From contig JBBDYJ010000035.1 in assembly GCA_040901675.1 (NCBI GenBank), forward strand, positions 1 through 64,000: a stretch of DNA of 64,000 bases. The letters run 5' to 3'. This stretch comes from Pirellulales bacterium. GTDB taxonomy: Bacteria > Planctomycetota > Planctomycetia > Pirellulales > JAICIG01. The notes beneath the pieces are model-generated. The model was given only the letters and a program-made list of their open reading frames with translations, was not told where the DNA came from and searched no databases. Numbering within the stretch: position 1 is the first letter of the stretch; each line of letters starts with the position of its first letter. The position numbers and the translations under genes are program-made. Below, in pieces: positions 52,773 through 62,680 of this stretch.

Positions 52773-53717
52773 ATGACTGCCCACCAGCGAGTCGTCTACT
52801 TCAATGGCCGCTTCGTAAGCGAAGCCGAAGCCCGCCTCTCGATCTACGACTCGGCCCTCACGCTGGGCGAAATGGCTTTCGAAGTCACCCGCACCTGTGG
52901 GCACCAACCCTTCCGCCTCCGCGAGCACCTCGAACGGCTGTTTCACAGCATGTCCGTGATGCGGATCGAGCCGATGCTGTCGATCGACGAACTGCAGGAC
53001 TTGACGCTCGAAACGCTCAGGCTCAACCTGCAAAGCGAACCGGCCGACGTCGATTGGAACATCATCCATAATGTGTCGCCCGGCCCATCGGCCGCGTTCC
53101 GAGAGGCATTTTCCCACGAGGAGATCCGCCCCACCGTCGTCATCAGTTGCTTTCCGCTGGAGGTTCGCCTCGCTGCCCTGGCGCCGGCCTACGACAGGGG
53201 TCTCGACCTGGTCGTGCCGCCCCAGCGCTCGTTGCCGGGCGAGCTTCTCGATTCCTCGATCAAAACCCGCAGCCGGCTGCACTACCAACTGGCCAACCTC
53301 CAGGCGCACGAAAAGAGTCCGGGCGCGACGGCCGTGCTCGTCGACTCCGACGGTCATCTCACCGAGGGCACCAGCGGCAACGTCTTTCTGGTCCAGGCCG
53401 GCCGGCTCTTGACCCCCTGTCCCCGCAACCTGTTGCCCGGTGTCACGCGCCACGTCGTGTTGGAGTTGGCCGACCGGCTCGGCATCCCCAGCGGCGAGCG
53501 CGACCTGACCTCCGCCGATGCAGCCGCTGCCGATGAGATCTTTCTGACCTCGACCAGCATCGGCCTCCTGCACGGCCGCACCTGGGAAGGCCGACTCATC
53601 CGGGATGGCCGTCTCGGCCCCCTCACCGCCCGTCTTCGCGCCGCTTTTCACGCCGAAGTTCGTCTCGACCTTGCCGCCCAGGCCCGCCTCTACGCCAGCC
53701 GCCGCACCGCCTCGTAG
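52773..53717 (+). CDS. Class IV aminotransferase (IlvE/PabC/Dat-like)
   Basis: FRLREHLERL, IKT (PLP Lys), TEGTSGNVF, LLPGVTR, DEIFLTST. Confidence 0.92.
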   Translation: MTAHQRVVYFNGRFVSEAEARLSIYDSALTLGEMAFEVTRTCGHQPFRLREHLERLFHSMSVMRIEPMLSIDELQDLTLETLRLNLQSEPADVDWNIIHNVSPGPSAAFREAFSHEEIRPTVVISCFPLEVRLAALAPAYDRGLDLVVPPQRSLPGELLDSSIKTRSRLHYQLANLQAHEKSPGATAVLVDSDGHLTEGTSGNVFLVQAGRLLTPCPRNLLPGVTRHVVLELADRLGIPSGERDLTSADAAAADEIFLTSTSIGLLHGRTWEGRLIRDGRLGPLTARLRAAFHAEVRLDLAAQARLYASRRTAS

Positions 53718-53785
53718 TAGCCGAATTCGCCAGAATTCGGGCCATCGGCCGCCCCGTAGTAGCCGAATTCGCCAGAATTCGGGCC
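53713..53785 (+). repeat. Tandem GTAG REP family C (2 copies)
   Basis: CGTAGTAGCCGAATTCGCCAGAATTCGGGCC at 53713 and 53755. Confidence 0.85.
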
Positions 53786-53873
53786 CCGCCCGCTCGACCA
53801 TGAACTCTGGCGTCGGCACGCGAATTGCTCGCTCTCTCCCGTGGGGGCGCTTTCCTCTTGGAGACCCGTTGGC

Positions 53874-54659
53874 ATGAAAAAGACACGCCTCAAATACCCG
53901 CTGTTGGGAACTCTCGCCATCGCAACGCTCGTGTTCAATGGCTTGGCCTCGGCCCAGCCGGTCGATCCGGCGCCCAGTCCGCCGGCCGACGTCTTGGCCG
54001 ACGAGCCGGGGCCGGTGATCGCAGGCCGCGTGCAGGCGCTCTATTCCTACCAGGTCCAGCGAAACGGCGTCGTCTGGTCGCGGATGGCGGCCGAGGTCGC
54101 CGTCAACCATGTCGAGCGCGGCCCAGATCTCGAAGTGGGCGATCTGGCGTACGTGCGGTATTGGGTGGGCCGGCGGGGCAACCGCCGGCTCGGCCAGTTC
54201 CCGGTCCCGCGTCCGGGCGACACGGTGCGGGTGGTGCTTGCCCAGCGGCCAGACGGTGGCTTCGACGTGGCCAGCAGCGGATTCGAGATCCTCCGCGTTC
54301 GCGATCTCGCCCGCCCTGTATTGCCCGATCCTCCCGATCCCGAACCGGTTCCCCCCGAGCCTCGTCCGGCCGACCCGCTCCCGTCCGGCCCGGCCAACAC
54401 GATCCGGGGCAGCGTGGTTCTCTATGACGATCCGCAGTCAGGCGTCACCGTGGACCTGCTGGCCGCCGGTGGAGTCGTCCAGACGACCCGCACCGACGAG
54501 CGCGGCCGCTTCGTCTTCGACGGCGTGCCTGCCGGCGCGTACTCGGTGGCCGCCCAGGGGATCGTGAAGAACAAGATCCGCGAGTCGCCCGTGATGCCCA
54601 TCACCGTGCTGCCTTCGCCGACCGTCCCCACCGACGTCGTCGTCGGCCTGGAGCCATAG
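53874..54659 (+). CDS. Exported protein with C-terminal carboxypeptidase-regulatory/CnaB-like domain
   Basis: Signal peptide, Pro-rich linker, TRTDERGRFVFDGVPAGAYSV. Confidence 0.75.
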   Translation: MKKTRLKYPLLGTLAIATLVFNGLASAQPVDPAPSPPADVLADEPGPVIAGRVQALYSYQVQRNGVVWSRMAAEVAVNHVERGPDLEVGDLAYVRYWVGRRGNRRLGQFPVPRPGDTVRVVLAQRPDGGFDVASSGFEILRVRDLARPVLPDPPDPEPVPPEPRPADPLPSGPANTIRGSVVLYDDPQSGVTVDLLAAGGVVQTTRTDERGRFVFDGVPAGAYSVAAQGIVKNKIRESPVMPITVLPSPTVPTDVVVGLEP

Positions 54660-54662
54660 TTC

Positions 54663-54757
54663 GTAGTGACCCCATGGATGGGGTCCACACCGGCCTTGGC
54701 ACTTCGACCGTGGGCCGAGCGCCGAACGCCGTTTGTAGTGACCCCATTTATGGGGTC
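54663..54757 (+). repeat. GTAG REP family B (2 copies)
   Basis: GTAGTGACCCCATGGATGGGGTC at 54663 and GTAGTGACCCCATTTATGGGGTC at 54735. Confidence 0.8.
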
Positions 54758-54971
54758 CGCATCCGCCTCTCGCGCCAGCGTCCGCCCGCCTCATCACCTC
54801 ATCGGGTCTTGCCCCCAGGGCTGGCCGCAACATCCAAACGGGAAAAAACAGGCCGCTCCCTTGACTGAACGGTGTCGCGGACGATATTCCACCTTGGAAG
54901 TATGCCGTGTGACATAGGCCCTGGCCGAACGGGCGGCTGGCGGCCAGCGGGATCTCTTAAGAGGTAGGCCG

Positions 54972-55847
54972 ATGATCGTCGACGTTCACACGCACTGCTG
55001 GCCGTCGCCCGACTGCTTTTCGCCGTCGTTTCACGACGACGCGCGGCGCATGCGGGCGAACCCGGTCAACCTCGTCAGCCGGTACGAGGACTACCGTGCC
55101 GCAACCGCCGGCGAGGACGTCGTGGCCATTGTCTTTGGCGGAAAGGCCCGCTTGTCCGGTGTCTGGATCGACGACGCCGACGTGGCGGCCTACGTCGCCC
55201 GCGATCCCGAGCGGATGATCGGCTTCATGTCGCTCGACCCTACTCAGCCGGGCTGGGAAGACGAAATGCGCGACGGGCGGGAGCGGCTTGGCTTTCGCGG
55301 CATCAAGCTCTTGCCCATGTACGCCGGCTTCCATCCGCAGGACGAACGGCTCGATCCGCTCTGGCGTTATGCCGCCAAGCACAACCTGAGCGTTTTGCTC
55401 CATACCGGAACGACCTTCGTGGCCAAGGCCCCCCTCGAGTGCACCTTGCCCCGGCACCTCGATGCCGTTGCCCGGCGGTTCCCCGACGTGAAGATGATTC
55501 TGGCCCACCTCGGCCATCCCTACGAGGGGGAGACCGTCGCGGTGATCCGCAAGCACCCCAACGTCTACGCGGACGTGAGCGCCCTGTTCTACCGGCCTTG
55601 GCAGCTCTTCCACAGCTTGATGCTCGTGCACGAGTATCGGGTCTGGGACAAGCTGCTGTTCGGGACCGACTATCCCGTCACCACCGTGGCCGAGACGCTG
55701 GTGGGGCTGCGGGCCTTGTGCGACATCCGGATCGACCGCTTTTCGTTGCCCCGCGACCAGATCGACGAGCTGATCCACCGCGACGCGCTGGCCCTGTTGG
55801 GACTCTCCGATCCGCGACGAGCCAAGCTGGCCGAGGCCGGGCGATGA
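54972..55847 (+). CDS. Amidohydrolase_2 family metal-dependent hydrolase
   Basis: DVHTH, LHTG, ILAHLG, LLFGTDYP. Confidence 0.9.
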   Translation: MIVDVHTHCWPSPDCFSPSFHDDARRMRANPVNLVSRYEDYRAATAGEDVVAIVFGGKARLSGVWIDDADVAAYVARDPERMIGFMSLDPTQPGWEDEMRDGRERLGFRGIKLLPMYAGFHPQDERLDPLWRYAAKHNLSVLLHTGTTFVAKAPLECTLPRHLDAVARRFPDVKMILAHLGHPYEGETVAVIRKHPNVYADVSALFYRPWQLFHSLMLVHEYRVWDKLLFGTDYPVTTVAETLVGLRALCDIRIDRFSLPRDQIDELIHRDALALLGLSDPRRAKLAEAGR

Positions 55848-56503
55848 CCGCCGCTGGGCTGAACGTTCTCTTCATCGGCAACAGCTTCACCGCGCGCAAC
55901 GACGTGCCCGGCCTGATCGAGCGGCTGGCGGCGGCGCGGGGCAAGAGCCTCCAGCACCGGCTGATCAGTGCCGGCGGCGCGTCGCTGCGGAATCACTGGA
56001 ACGCCGGCAAAGCACTGGCGGCGATCAAGGAGGGCGGTTACGACTGCGTCGTGCTCCAGGAGCAAAGCACGCTGCCGGTCAAGAACGCCAAGCGCATGCA
56101 CGAGAACGTCCGGCTCTTCGACGAAGCGATCAAGGCCGCCCGCGCTAAGACGGTCCTGTACATGACGTGGGCACGGCAGCACGCGCCTGAGTCCCAGCAA
56201 GCCATCACCGATGCCTACACCGAGGTGGGCCGCGAGCTGGGCGCCACGGTGGTTCCGGTCGGTCTGGCTTGGCAGAGTTTTCTGGGCGAGCACGACCAAC
56301 CCGTCCTGCACGACCGGGACCAGAGTCATCCGTCGCTCGCCGGGTCGTATCTTGCGGCGTGTGTTTTTCTGGCCGTGTTATTCAACGAGAGTCCCGTCGG
56401 GATTGACGGCCCGGTCGCCGGCTTGACCGAAAAGGACCTGGCGCTGTTGCAGAAGACCGCCTGGCAGGCAGCCAAGTCGATCGCGTTGGAAAGAAGCAAG
56501 TAG
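55844..56503 (+). CDS. SGNH/GDSL-like hydrolase (DUF4886 type)
   Basis: VLFIGNSFT, VVLQEQS, DQSHPS; ATGA overlap. Confidence 0.85.
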   Translation: MTAAGLNVLFIGNSFTARNDVPGLIERLAAARGKSLQHRLISAGGASLRNHWNAGKALAAIKEGGYDCVVLQEQSTLPVKNAKRMHENVRLFDEAIKAARAKTVLYMTWARQHAPESQQAITDAYTEVGRELGATVVPVGLAWQSFLGEHDQPVLHDRDQSHPSLAGSYLAACVFLAVLFNESPVGIDGPVAGLTEKDLALLQKTAWQAAKSIALERSK

Positions 56504-56712
56504 GCGGAGCAAGCAGGCGCACAGCCGCGCAAGTGCCGCGGCGGCGGGTGGCGTGGGCCAGGACACCTCTGCGGCCCGCCCGGCGACCTGCGCCCGCACG
56601 CCCGCCGCTCTCCACCGGCCGCCCCTTTTCCTCCAGCCCGATTGCCCGGATTCCCCTCCCCGGACCCAGCCCGCCGGCGTATAATTTTGGAGTTGTCGCG
56701 CACGGCTTCCTT

Positions 56713-57075
56713 GGGGGCGAACTGGTTTCGACCGGACAGCTTGAAGCGCAGACGGCGTGCCGTGGTTGGTCAGTTGGCCACGTAAAAAGCTGACCGAATA
56801 TCTTCAATTGCCGAAGATACCTACGCTTTGGCTGCCTAGAGATAGGCATCCCCGGCTGCGGGCTTTCGTCGGAGAGGCCCAAAAGCCGGTCACCAATTCC
56901 GAATCGCCTCGGGTCACGGTCGGGCACGTCCGAGGCTAAACACTGTTCCCGGCTAGCCAGCCAGGCACCCCGTCGGTTGGGGGCCGGCCGGCGAAATGCG
57001 TAAATGATCCGGCTACGCACGTAGAAGTTTGCGTGGAAATGTATCGGGACGCGGGTTCGATTCCCGCCGCCTCCA
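56713..57075 (+). ncRNA. ssrA: tmRNA; tag peptide (A)AEDTYALAA at 56810-56839
   Basis: 5' GGGGGCGAACTGGTTTCGAC; 3' GACGCGGGTTCGATTCCCGCCGCCTCCA; tag ORF ending ALAA*; TATAAT at 56680-56685. Confidence 0.95.
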
Positions 57076-57194
57076 CTCGACTCGTTCGCTGCGCTCACTC
57101 GCTCGTGGCAGGCCACCTGCCCTGAGTGAAGAAGCGCAGTTACTCAAAGGACGAGTCGAGTGTCCTGAGCGAACGAACGCAGTGAGTCGAAGGG
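57074..57194. repeat. Palindromic repeat cluster upstream of GIY-YIG gene
   Basis: CACTCGACTCGT (57074-57085) pairs with ACGAGTCGAGTG (57151-57162); CCTGAG...AAGG units at 57121 and 57164. Confidence 0.65.
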
Positions 57195-57222
57195 CTAAGC
57201 ACTTGAGCCGAAAGTTTGCGCA

Positions 57223-57525
57223 GTGTTCTTCGTGTACATTCTTCGATGTTCGGATGAGAGCCTCTACGTCGGACACTGTGCATCTCTCGAGAATCGCGTT
57301 GCCGTGCACAACGCCGGCCGAGGAGCGGCGTGGACCGCCATTCGGCGTCCGGTTGCGCTCGCCTACAGCGAATCGCATCAGACTGAGGCTGCTGCAATCA
57401 ATCGCGAATCGCAGATCAAACGCTGGAGCCGGGCGAAGAAGAAGGCCCTTGTCAGCAGCGATCTAAAACGGCTGAGGGAACTGAGCATGCGCCATGTCCG
57501 CCCAAAGCCAAGAAGGAGCGAGTAA
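57223..57525 (+). CDS. GIY-YIG nuclease (UPF0213/YhbQ-like)
   Basis: FVYILRCSDESLYVG..RVAVHNAG..RRPV.L.YSE..RESQIKRWSRAKK. Confidence 0.92.
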   Translation: MFFVYILRCSDESLYVGHCASLENRVAVHNAGRGAAWTAIRRPVALAYSESHQTEAAAINRESQIKRWSRAKKKALVSSDLKRLRELSMRHVRPKPRRSE

Positions 57526-57761
57526 AGAGGGGCACCGGCCCACTGGTTCAGCCGTCATCAGAGGCACTGTCTGCAATATGATCTGAACTGGTTGAAGCGC
57601 CCGACGTGCGAGTGCGTTCCCTGTGCCGAGGACAGCACGTTGCACACGGTGCTACCCGACGCAGGCGGAAGCCATCAGGCGCGTCGCCGACGCCTACATG
57701 TTTGGAAACGCAACGACCGCTCGCCTCGCGCAACTCAGCCAGTCCGCCCGCGCGTCGGAGG

Positions 57762-60700
57762 TCAGGCCAGGCCATTCAGTTGCGCGGCGGCGTCCACGAG
57801 GTCCGGCGTCGTGAAGCCTTCTATGTACGTGCCGTAGACGGCGGCCAGCGCGGCGTGGCCTTCGGCGCGGCGGCCCTGTCGTTGCCAGAGGCGGGCCAGG
57901 CTCATCGTGGCCCGCAGTTCCCACCCCTTGCTCTGCTGGCGCCGGGCCGTCTCGATGGCCCTCTGGAAGCACTCCTCCGCAGCGGTCTGGTCGGGCGACT
58001 CGGCCAGCACCAGTTCGCCTTTGAGGCGGTGCAGATCGGCCTCCTGGAACCGGTCGTCGTTCTTCTCCGCGAACCCCAGCGCCTCGTCCAGCGCCTTCCG
58101 CGCGTCCCCGAACCTGCCGGCCTGTGTGTGGGCGTCGACGAGCATGGAGAGGTAGTGCGGAAGAGCCATCTCAGAACTGGTGGCCCGGTAGGCATCGAGA
58201 CCCTTGAGAAGCAGCGGCAGCGCCTCCTCCGGCCGGCCCTCGAGGACGATTGCGCCGGCCTTGTAGAGCAGGCCCATGGCGTGCCACCACGCAAAACCCT
58301 GTTCGGCCGCAATGCGGATCTGATCCTCAGCGCAGGCCCGGAGCTCTGCCCCAAGCCGGCAATGGTGGAGCACCCAACCCAAGCAGTGCAGAGCAAAGCC
58401 GAGGGAGAACGGGTGGGCGAGTTGGTGGCTCAGCTCACGCGCCTCCCGGGCGAAGTTTTGCGCCCGGTCCGGGTAGCCCAGGTGCCACAGCGCCGCTGCC
58501 AGGTTTCCGTGGGAGGTGACGGCGGCATACTGACCGGTGATGCCGGCCCAAGACCGCGACTGCTCGCTGTCCACGTCTATGGTCAGGGCCGTTTCCAAAC
58601 TCGCGCGGGTGCCGGCGAAATCCGCACGAAAGACGCGCGTCGCTCCCGACATCCACAGTGCTTCCCTCCGCATGCCGGGGTCGTTGAGACGCTCGGCAAA
58701 CTCCAGCGCCTCGGCGGACTGGTCCATGCACAGCCTGAAGTCTGCGCGAACCATGTTGTGGATCCAGGTGCCCCATCGGATCGCGAATCGCTGCTTCGGC
58801 TTCCCAACGCGCTCACACAGCTCGCGCGCCCGGCGGAAGACCGGGCCGACTTCGGGCGCGGCATACCCGCGCGACGCGAGGTACGCGGTGCCCAGCGGAT
58901 TGAGGAACTGCAACTCCAGGGCGTCGCGCTCGGGCGACTCCGCCAAGGCGCCGACGAGCGAGAGCCCTTTCGTCAGATGGCCAATCGCTTCCGCGTTTGC
59001 CGACCGCTGCTGCGACCGCCGCCCCGCCTTCAGCCAGTAGTCGATTCCCTTCTCGGTCAGGCCCGCCTCGGTGAAGTGGTGGGCGAGCAGCTCCGGCTGT
59101 GTCTCGACGGTTTGCGGGAACCGCGCCTCCAGCACCTCGGCGATCCGCCGGTGGAACTGCTGGCGCTTGGCTTTGACCAGCGCGTTGTACAGCGCGTCTT
59201 CCAGGAGGGCGTGCTTGAAGATGTAGGTACAGCGGGGCGGCCGGCCCTTGGGGTACAGGATCTCCGCCTGAACCAGCTTGGCCAGTTCGCCGTCTAAGGC
59301 CTTCTCGTCCAGGGTCGCGACGGCGGCCAGGAGCTCGTAACTCAACTCGCGGCCGAGCGTCGCGGCCAACTGGGCCACCTCCCGGTCGCCCTCCATTCGG
59401 TCTAGGCGGGCCATGACCAGGTCCTGGAGCGTGGCGGGGATCGCGTGCGCGAGCAGGGGCTGGGTGCTTGGGCTGTCCTCGCCCGCCTGGCCCAGCGCGC
59501 CCGACTCCTGCACCAGCTGGGTGAACTCTTCGACGAACAGCGGCACGCCGCCGGTCCGGTCGTACACCCGCTCGACCAGCGCCTCCGGCACCGCCGCCCC
59601 CGTCTTCTGCCGCATCAGGTCGCCGACCTGGCGCCGCGTCAGTCGGTTCAGGGCCAGGCTGGTCTGGTGGGCGACGGCCGGCCACGGCGTCTTGAACTCG
59701 GGGCGGAACGTGAGCACCGTGAGGATGGAGTCGTGCAGGCCCTCGGCCAGGAACTGCCCCAGGAACTCTAACGTGGACGCGTCCACCCAGTGCAAGTCCT
59801 CGACCACGAACAGCACCGGCCTGCGGGCGGCGCGGGTGTGCAGCCACTCCAGCAGGGCCCGGAACGTCTCTTCCCGCTGCCGAACCGGCGACAGCGCCAG
59901 CGGCGGGAAGCGGTCCGGGGTCGGCAGCGACAAGAGCGCCGCCCACAGCGGCACCGTCTCCGGCCGGGCCAAGCCATACTGCTCCAGGCGATGGAGCAGC
60001 CGGTCGAACCGCACCGGCGGCGGTTCCTCGCGGCCGAAGGCCAGGGCCCGCTCGTAGAAGTCGATGGCCGGGTACAGCCCCGTGTTCTGAAAATGCGGCG
60101 AACAGCGCCACTCAATGACCGGCGCGTCCACCTCCCCTTCGACCATCTGTCCCAGAACGTGCTGCTTCATCGTGTAGACCAGGCGCGATTTGCCCAGGCC
60201 CGGCTCGCCGATGAGCAAGACGACCTGCCCCATGCCCTCCTGAGCCTGCTCCCAGCGGTCCTTTAGCAGGCTGACCTCGTGGTCGCGGCCGGTCAGCGGC
60301 GTCAGCCCCGCCGGCCCCGCCGCCTCGACGGCGTTGCGGGCCTCGCCCAGTCCCTGCACGTGGAAGAGTTCGACGGGCTGCGCCACCCCCTTGATCTTCC
60401 CGCGGCCGAGGCTGGCGCAGGTGAACTGGCCCCGGATCAGCCGGTGGGTGGCTTCGCTGCAAATGACCTGACCGGGCGCGGCGGCATCCTCCAGCCGGAC
60501 GGCCACGTTCCGCGCCTCCCCCACCAACGACACGCCGTCCTCCCCCGCCTCCACGACGGCCTGCCCGGTGTGGAGGCCGACCCACGGGTCCAGCTCCAGC
60601 TTGTGTTCGCGGCGGAGCGGCTCCCCGAGTGCCTTCACGTCCGCGAGGATGCCGAGGCCAGCCTGTGCGGCGCGGCGTGCGCCGTCCTCGTACGCCACCG

Positions 60701-62024
60701 GGTAGCCGAAGCACACCAGCAGTCCCTGCTCGTTACACTGCACGACCGTCCCGCCGAACCGATGTGCCGCCTGCTCGCAGGCCTGCTGGAAGGCCCGCAG
60801 CACCCTGGCCTGGTCCTCCGCGTCGAGGCCCTCCAGGTACGGCTCGGACTTGAACAGGTCGCAGCCACAGACGAGGACGGTCACCTGGCGACGCTCGGCC
60901 TCACGCGCCCGCCGTTGCGACGGGGGTGTTACCGGCGCGGCCGCCGCCGGAGGCGGGACCGGACCGGGTGTTGCAGGGCCGGTCAGCTCAGGGGCCGGGG
61001 CCACCCGGCGCAGGTCCGCGGCGAAGTCCGCGGCGGTGGTGTAGCGGTCCTGCTGCCGCTTCGCCAGCGCCTTGAGGCACGCCCGTTCCAGGTCGGGCGG
61101 GATATCGCCGACGAGCTGTCGGGGGGGCTGCGGCTCGTCGTCACGCACCTGCCGCAAGAGTTCCTGACGATGGGTCGCCCGGAAGGGCACGCGCCCTGTG
61201 AGCATTTCGTAAAGCACCACGCCCAGGCTGTAGATGTCGGTGCGGCCGTCGATACGGTGGGCCGTGCCGGTGGCCTGCTCCGGCGACATGTACCACGGCG
61301 TGCCGGCGACGATGCCTTTGGCGCCGCCGCCCGCTCGGGTCTCATCGAGGGCCAGGCCGAAGTCCACGAGGACCGGCGCGAGGTCGGCGGTGAGGAGGAT
61401 GTTGGCCGGCTTCACGTCGCGGTGGATGATGAGCCGGGCGTGCGCGTAGGCCAGGGCGTCCGCCACGGCGGCAGCGACCAAGGCCACCTCGGGCCAGCTC
61501 GGGCGGTGGCCCAGCAGCCAGCGGCCGAGGTCGGGGCCGTCGAGGTAATCGGAGACGAGGTAAAACTGCCCCTCGTGCACGCCTACGTCGTGGACCGCCA
61601 CGATGCCGGGGTGGCGCAATTGGGCGAGCCGCCTCGCCTCGTGCAGGGCCTGTTCGTCCTCGGCCTGCGCCGGGCTAGCTCCGGCGCGGAGCACTTTGAT
61701 GGCCACGGACCGGTTGAGTTGAGTATCGTGGCCGAGGTAGACGGCACCGAAGCCGCCCGCCCCCAGGGTGCACCGCACCTGATATCGGCCGAAGGCAGCA
61801 GGTGGGGCCGGGACGCTCCCGGGCGGCGCGGTCGTGCCGACATCCGGACCTGTCCCGAGCCCCGGAAGCAACGTCCTGACCTGCACGTCGATGAGTTGGA
61901 ATTCCTGCCACCGCTGCCGGACTTCCGGCAGCAGCTCGGCGCAGTCGCGGCACACCTCCTCCGGCGTCCTCCCGGAGTTGAGCATCTCCTCGAGCAGCCC
62001 GAGCACCTGGGGGGTTGCTGGCAA
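57762..62024 (-). CDS. Ser/Thr kinase - class III cyclase-like - AAA ATPase - TPR fusion
   Basis: LGAGGFG, VAIK, HRDVKPAN, DFG; ERRQVTVL..FGYP; GEPGLGKS, VVEDLHW; C-terminal ELRATMSLARL; TTG 62024 with GAGGAGG RBS (ORF open to 62042). Confidence 0.9.
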   Translation of the reverse strand: MPATPQVLGLLEEMLNSGRTPEEVCRDCAELLPEVRQRWQEFQLIDVQVRTLLPGLGTGPDVGTTAPPGSVPAPPAAFGRYQVRCTLGAGGFGAVYLGHDTQLNRSVAIKVLRAGASPAQAEDEQALHEARRLAQLRHPGIVAVHDVGVHEGQFYLVSDYLDGPDLGRWLLGHRPSWPEVALVAAAVADALAYAHARLIIHRDVKPANILLTADLAPVLVDFGLALDETRAGGGAKGIVAGTPWYMSPEQATGTAHRIDGRTDIYSLGVVLYEMLTGRVPFRATHRQELLRQVRDDEPQPPRQLVGDIPPDLERACLKALAKRQQDRYTTAADFAADLRRVAPAPELTGPATPGPVPPPAAAAPVTPPSQRRAREAERRQVTVLVCGCDLFKSEPYLEGLDAEDQARVLRAFQQACEQAAHRFGGTVVQCNEQGLLVCFGYPVAYEDGARRAAQAGLGILADVKALGEPLRREHKLELDPWVGLHTGQAVVEAGEDGVSLVGEARNVAVRLEDAAAPGQVICSEATHRLIRGQFTCASLGRGKIKGVAQPVELFHVQGLGEARNAVEAAGPAGLTPLTGRDHEVSLLKDRWEQAQEGMGQVVLLIGEPGLGKSRLVYTMKQHVLGQMVEGEVDAPVIEWRCSPHFQNTGLYPAIDFYERALAFGREEPPPVRFDRLLHRLEQYGLARPETVPLWAALLSLPTPDRFPPLALSPVRQREETFRALLEWLHTRAARRPVLFVVEDLHWVDASTLEFLGQFLAEGLHDSILTVLTFRPEFKTPWPAVAHQTSLALNRLTRRQVGDLMRQKTGAAVPEALVERVYDRTGGVPLFVEEFTQLVQESGALGQAGEDSPSTQPLLAHAIPATLQDLVMARLDRMEGDREVAQLAATLGRELSYELLAAVATLDEKALDGELAKLVQAEILYPKGRPPRCTYIFKHALLEDALYNALVKAKRQQFHRRIAEVLEARFPQTVETQPELLAHHFTEAGLTEKGIDYWLKAGRRSQQRSANAEAIGHLTKGLSLVGALAESPERDALELQFLNPLGTAYLASRGYAAPEVGPVFRRARELCERVGKPKQRFAIRWGTWIHNMVRADFRLCMDQSAEALEFAERLNDPGMRREALWMSGATRVFRADFAGTRASLETALTIDVDSEQSRSWAGITGQYAAVTSHGNLAAALWHLGYPDRAQNFAREARELSHQLAHPFSLGFALHCLGWVLHHCRLGAELRACAEDQIRIAAEQGFAWWHAMGLLYKAGAIVLEGRPEEALPLLLKGLDAYRATSSEMALPHYLSMLVDAHTQAGRFGDARKALDEALGFAEKNDDRFQEADLHRLKGELVLAESPDQTAAEECFQRAIETARRQQSKGWELRATMSLARLWQRQGRRAEGHAALAAVYGTYIEGFTTPDLVDAAAQLNGLA

Positions 62025-62038
62025 TGGGCGGTCCCTCC

Positions 62039-62680
62039 TCAAGGTGTTGGCGTGTCACCTGACGGCGTGGGTTCGCAGGACGTGGCCGGACGAAGGTCAG
62101 CCAGCCGCTCCGCCAGCAGGAGCCGGGCCCGGTTCAGTCGCCGCTGCACCGTTTTCTCGGAAACTCCGACCACCACCGCCACCTCGGCATGAGTCAAGCC
62201 CTGAATGCCGACTAGGTCGAAGACCTCCCTCTCGTCCTCGGGGAGCCCCTCAATCACGTCCAGCATGCGTCGGCCGTCCGGGCCGAGGCCGGAGGCGGTG
62301 CTGGCTGGCGGGGCCGCAACGCCGGCTTCCGTCAGCGCCGCGGCGGCGGGCTGTTCATCCAGGCGGCGGGCCAGGTCATTGAGCTGCCAGCGCATGTGCT
62401 GGTTGGCCAGCCCGAAGAACCGGCGCACGGTCGGGGGGCGGGTCGTCCGCAGGGCCGTGAGCAGCCCGGCCACGACGCCCCCGAGCAGCTCATCCGTCTC
62501 CAGGTTCACGGGCGGCCGTGTGAGCCGCGGGTAGCTTTTGTACAGGAACGTGGCACATAATAGGCGCAATCGGCCGGCCGCCCGTTCCAACAGCTCCCGA
62601 ACGATCGGCTCGGCGGCGGCGTCCCCAGGCAGGGCGTCCAGGTATCGTTGGATGATGACGGTGGTCGGTGCTTCGTCCAT
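62039..62680 (-). CDS. ECF sigma factor (kinase-associated type)
   Basis: Region 4 LPEDEREVFDL..GLTHAEVA.VVGVSEKTVQRRLNRAR; directly upstream of the kinase gene. Confidence 0.9.
   Translation of the reverse strand: MDEAPTTVIIQRYLDALPGDAAAEPIVRELLERAAGRLRLLCATFLYKSYPRLTRPPVNLETDELLGGVVAGLLTALRTTRPPTVRRFFGLANQHMRWQLNDLARRLDEQPAAAALTEAGVAAPPASTASGLGPDGRRMLDVIEGLPEDEREVFDLVGIQGLTHAEVAVVVGVSEKTVQRRLNRARLLLAERLADLRPATSCEPTPSGDTPTP

Noticed and set aside
53713..53785. 31-bp direct repeats as a CRISPR array
   Set aside because: Only two copies, an 11-bp spacer and no cas genes; fits a GTAG REP
56382..57116. 244-aa ORF antisense to tmRNA
   Set aside because: Overlaps a clear tmRNA; no protein features
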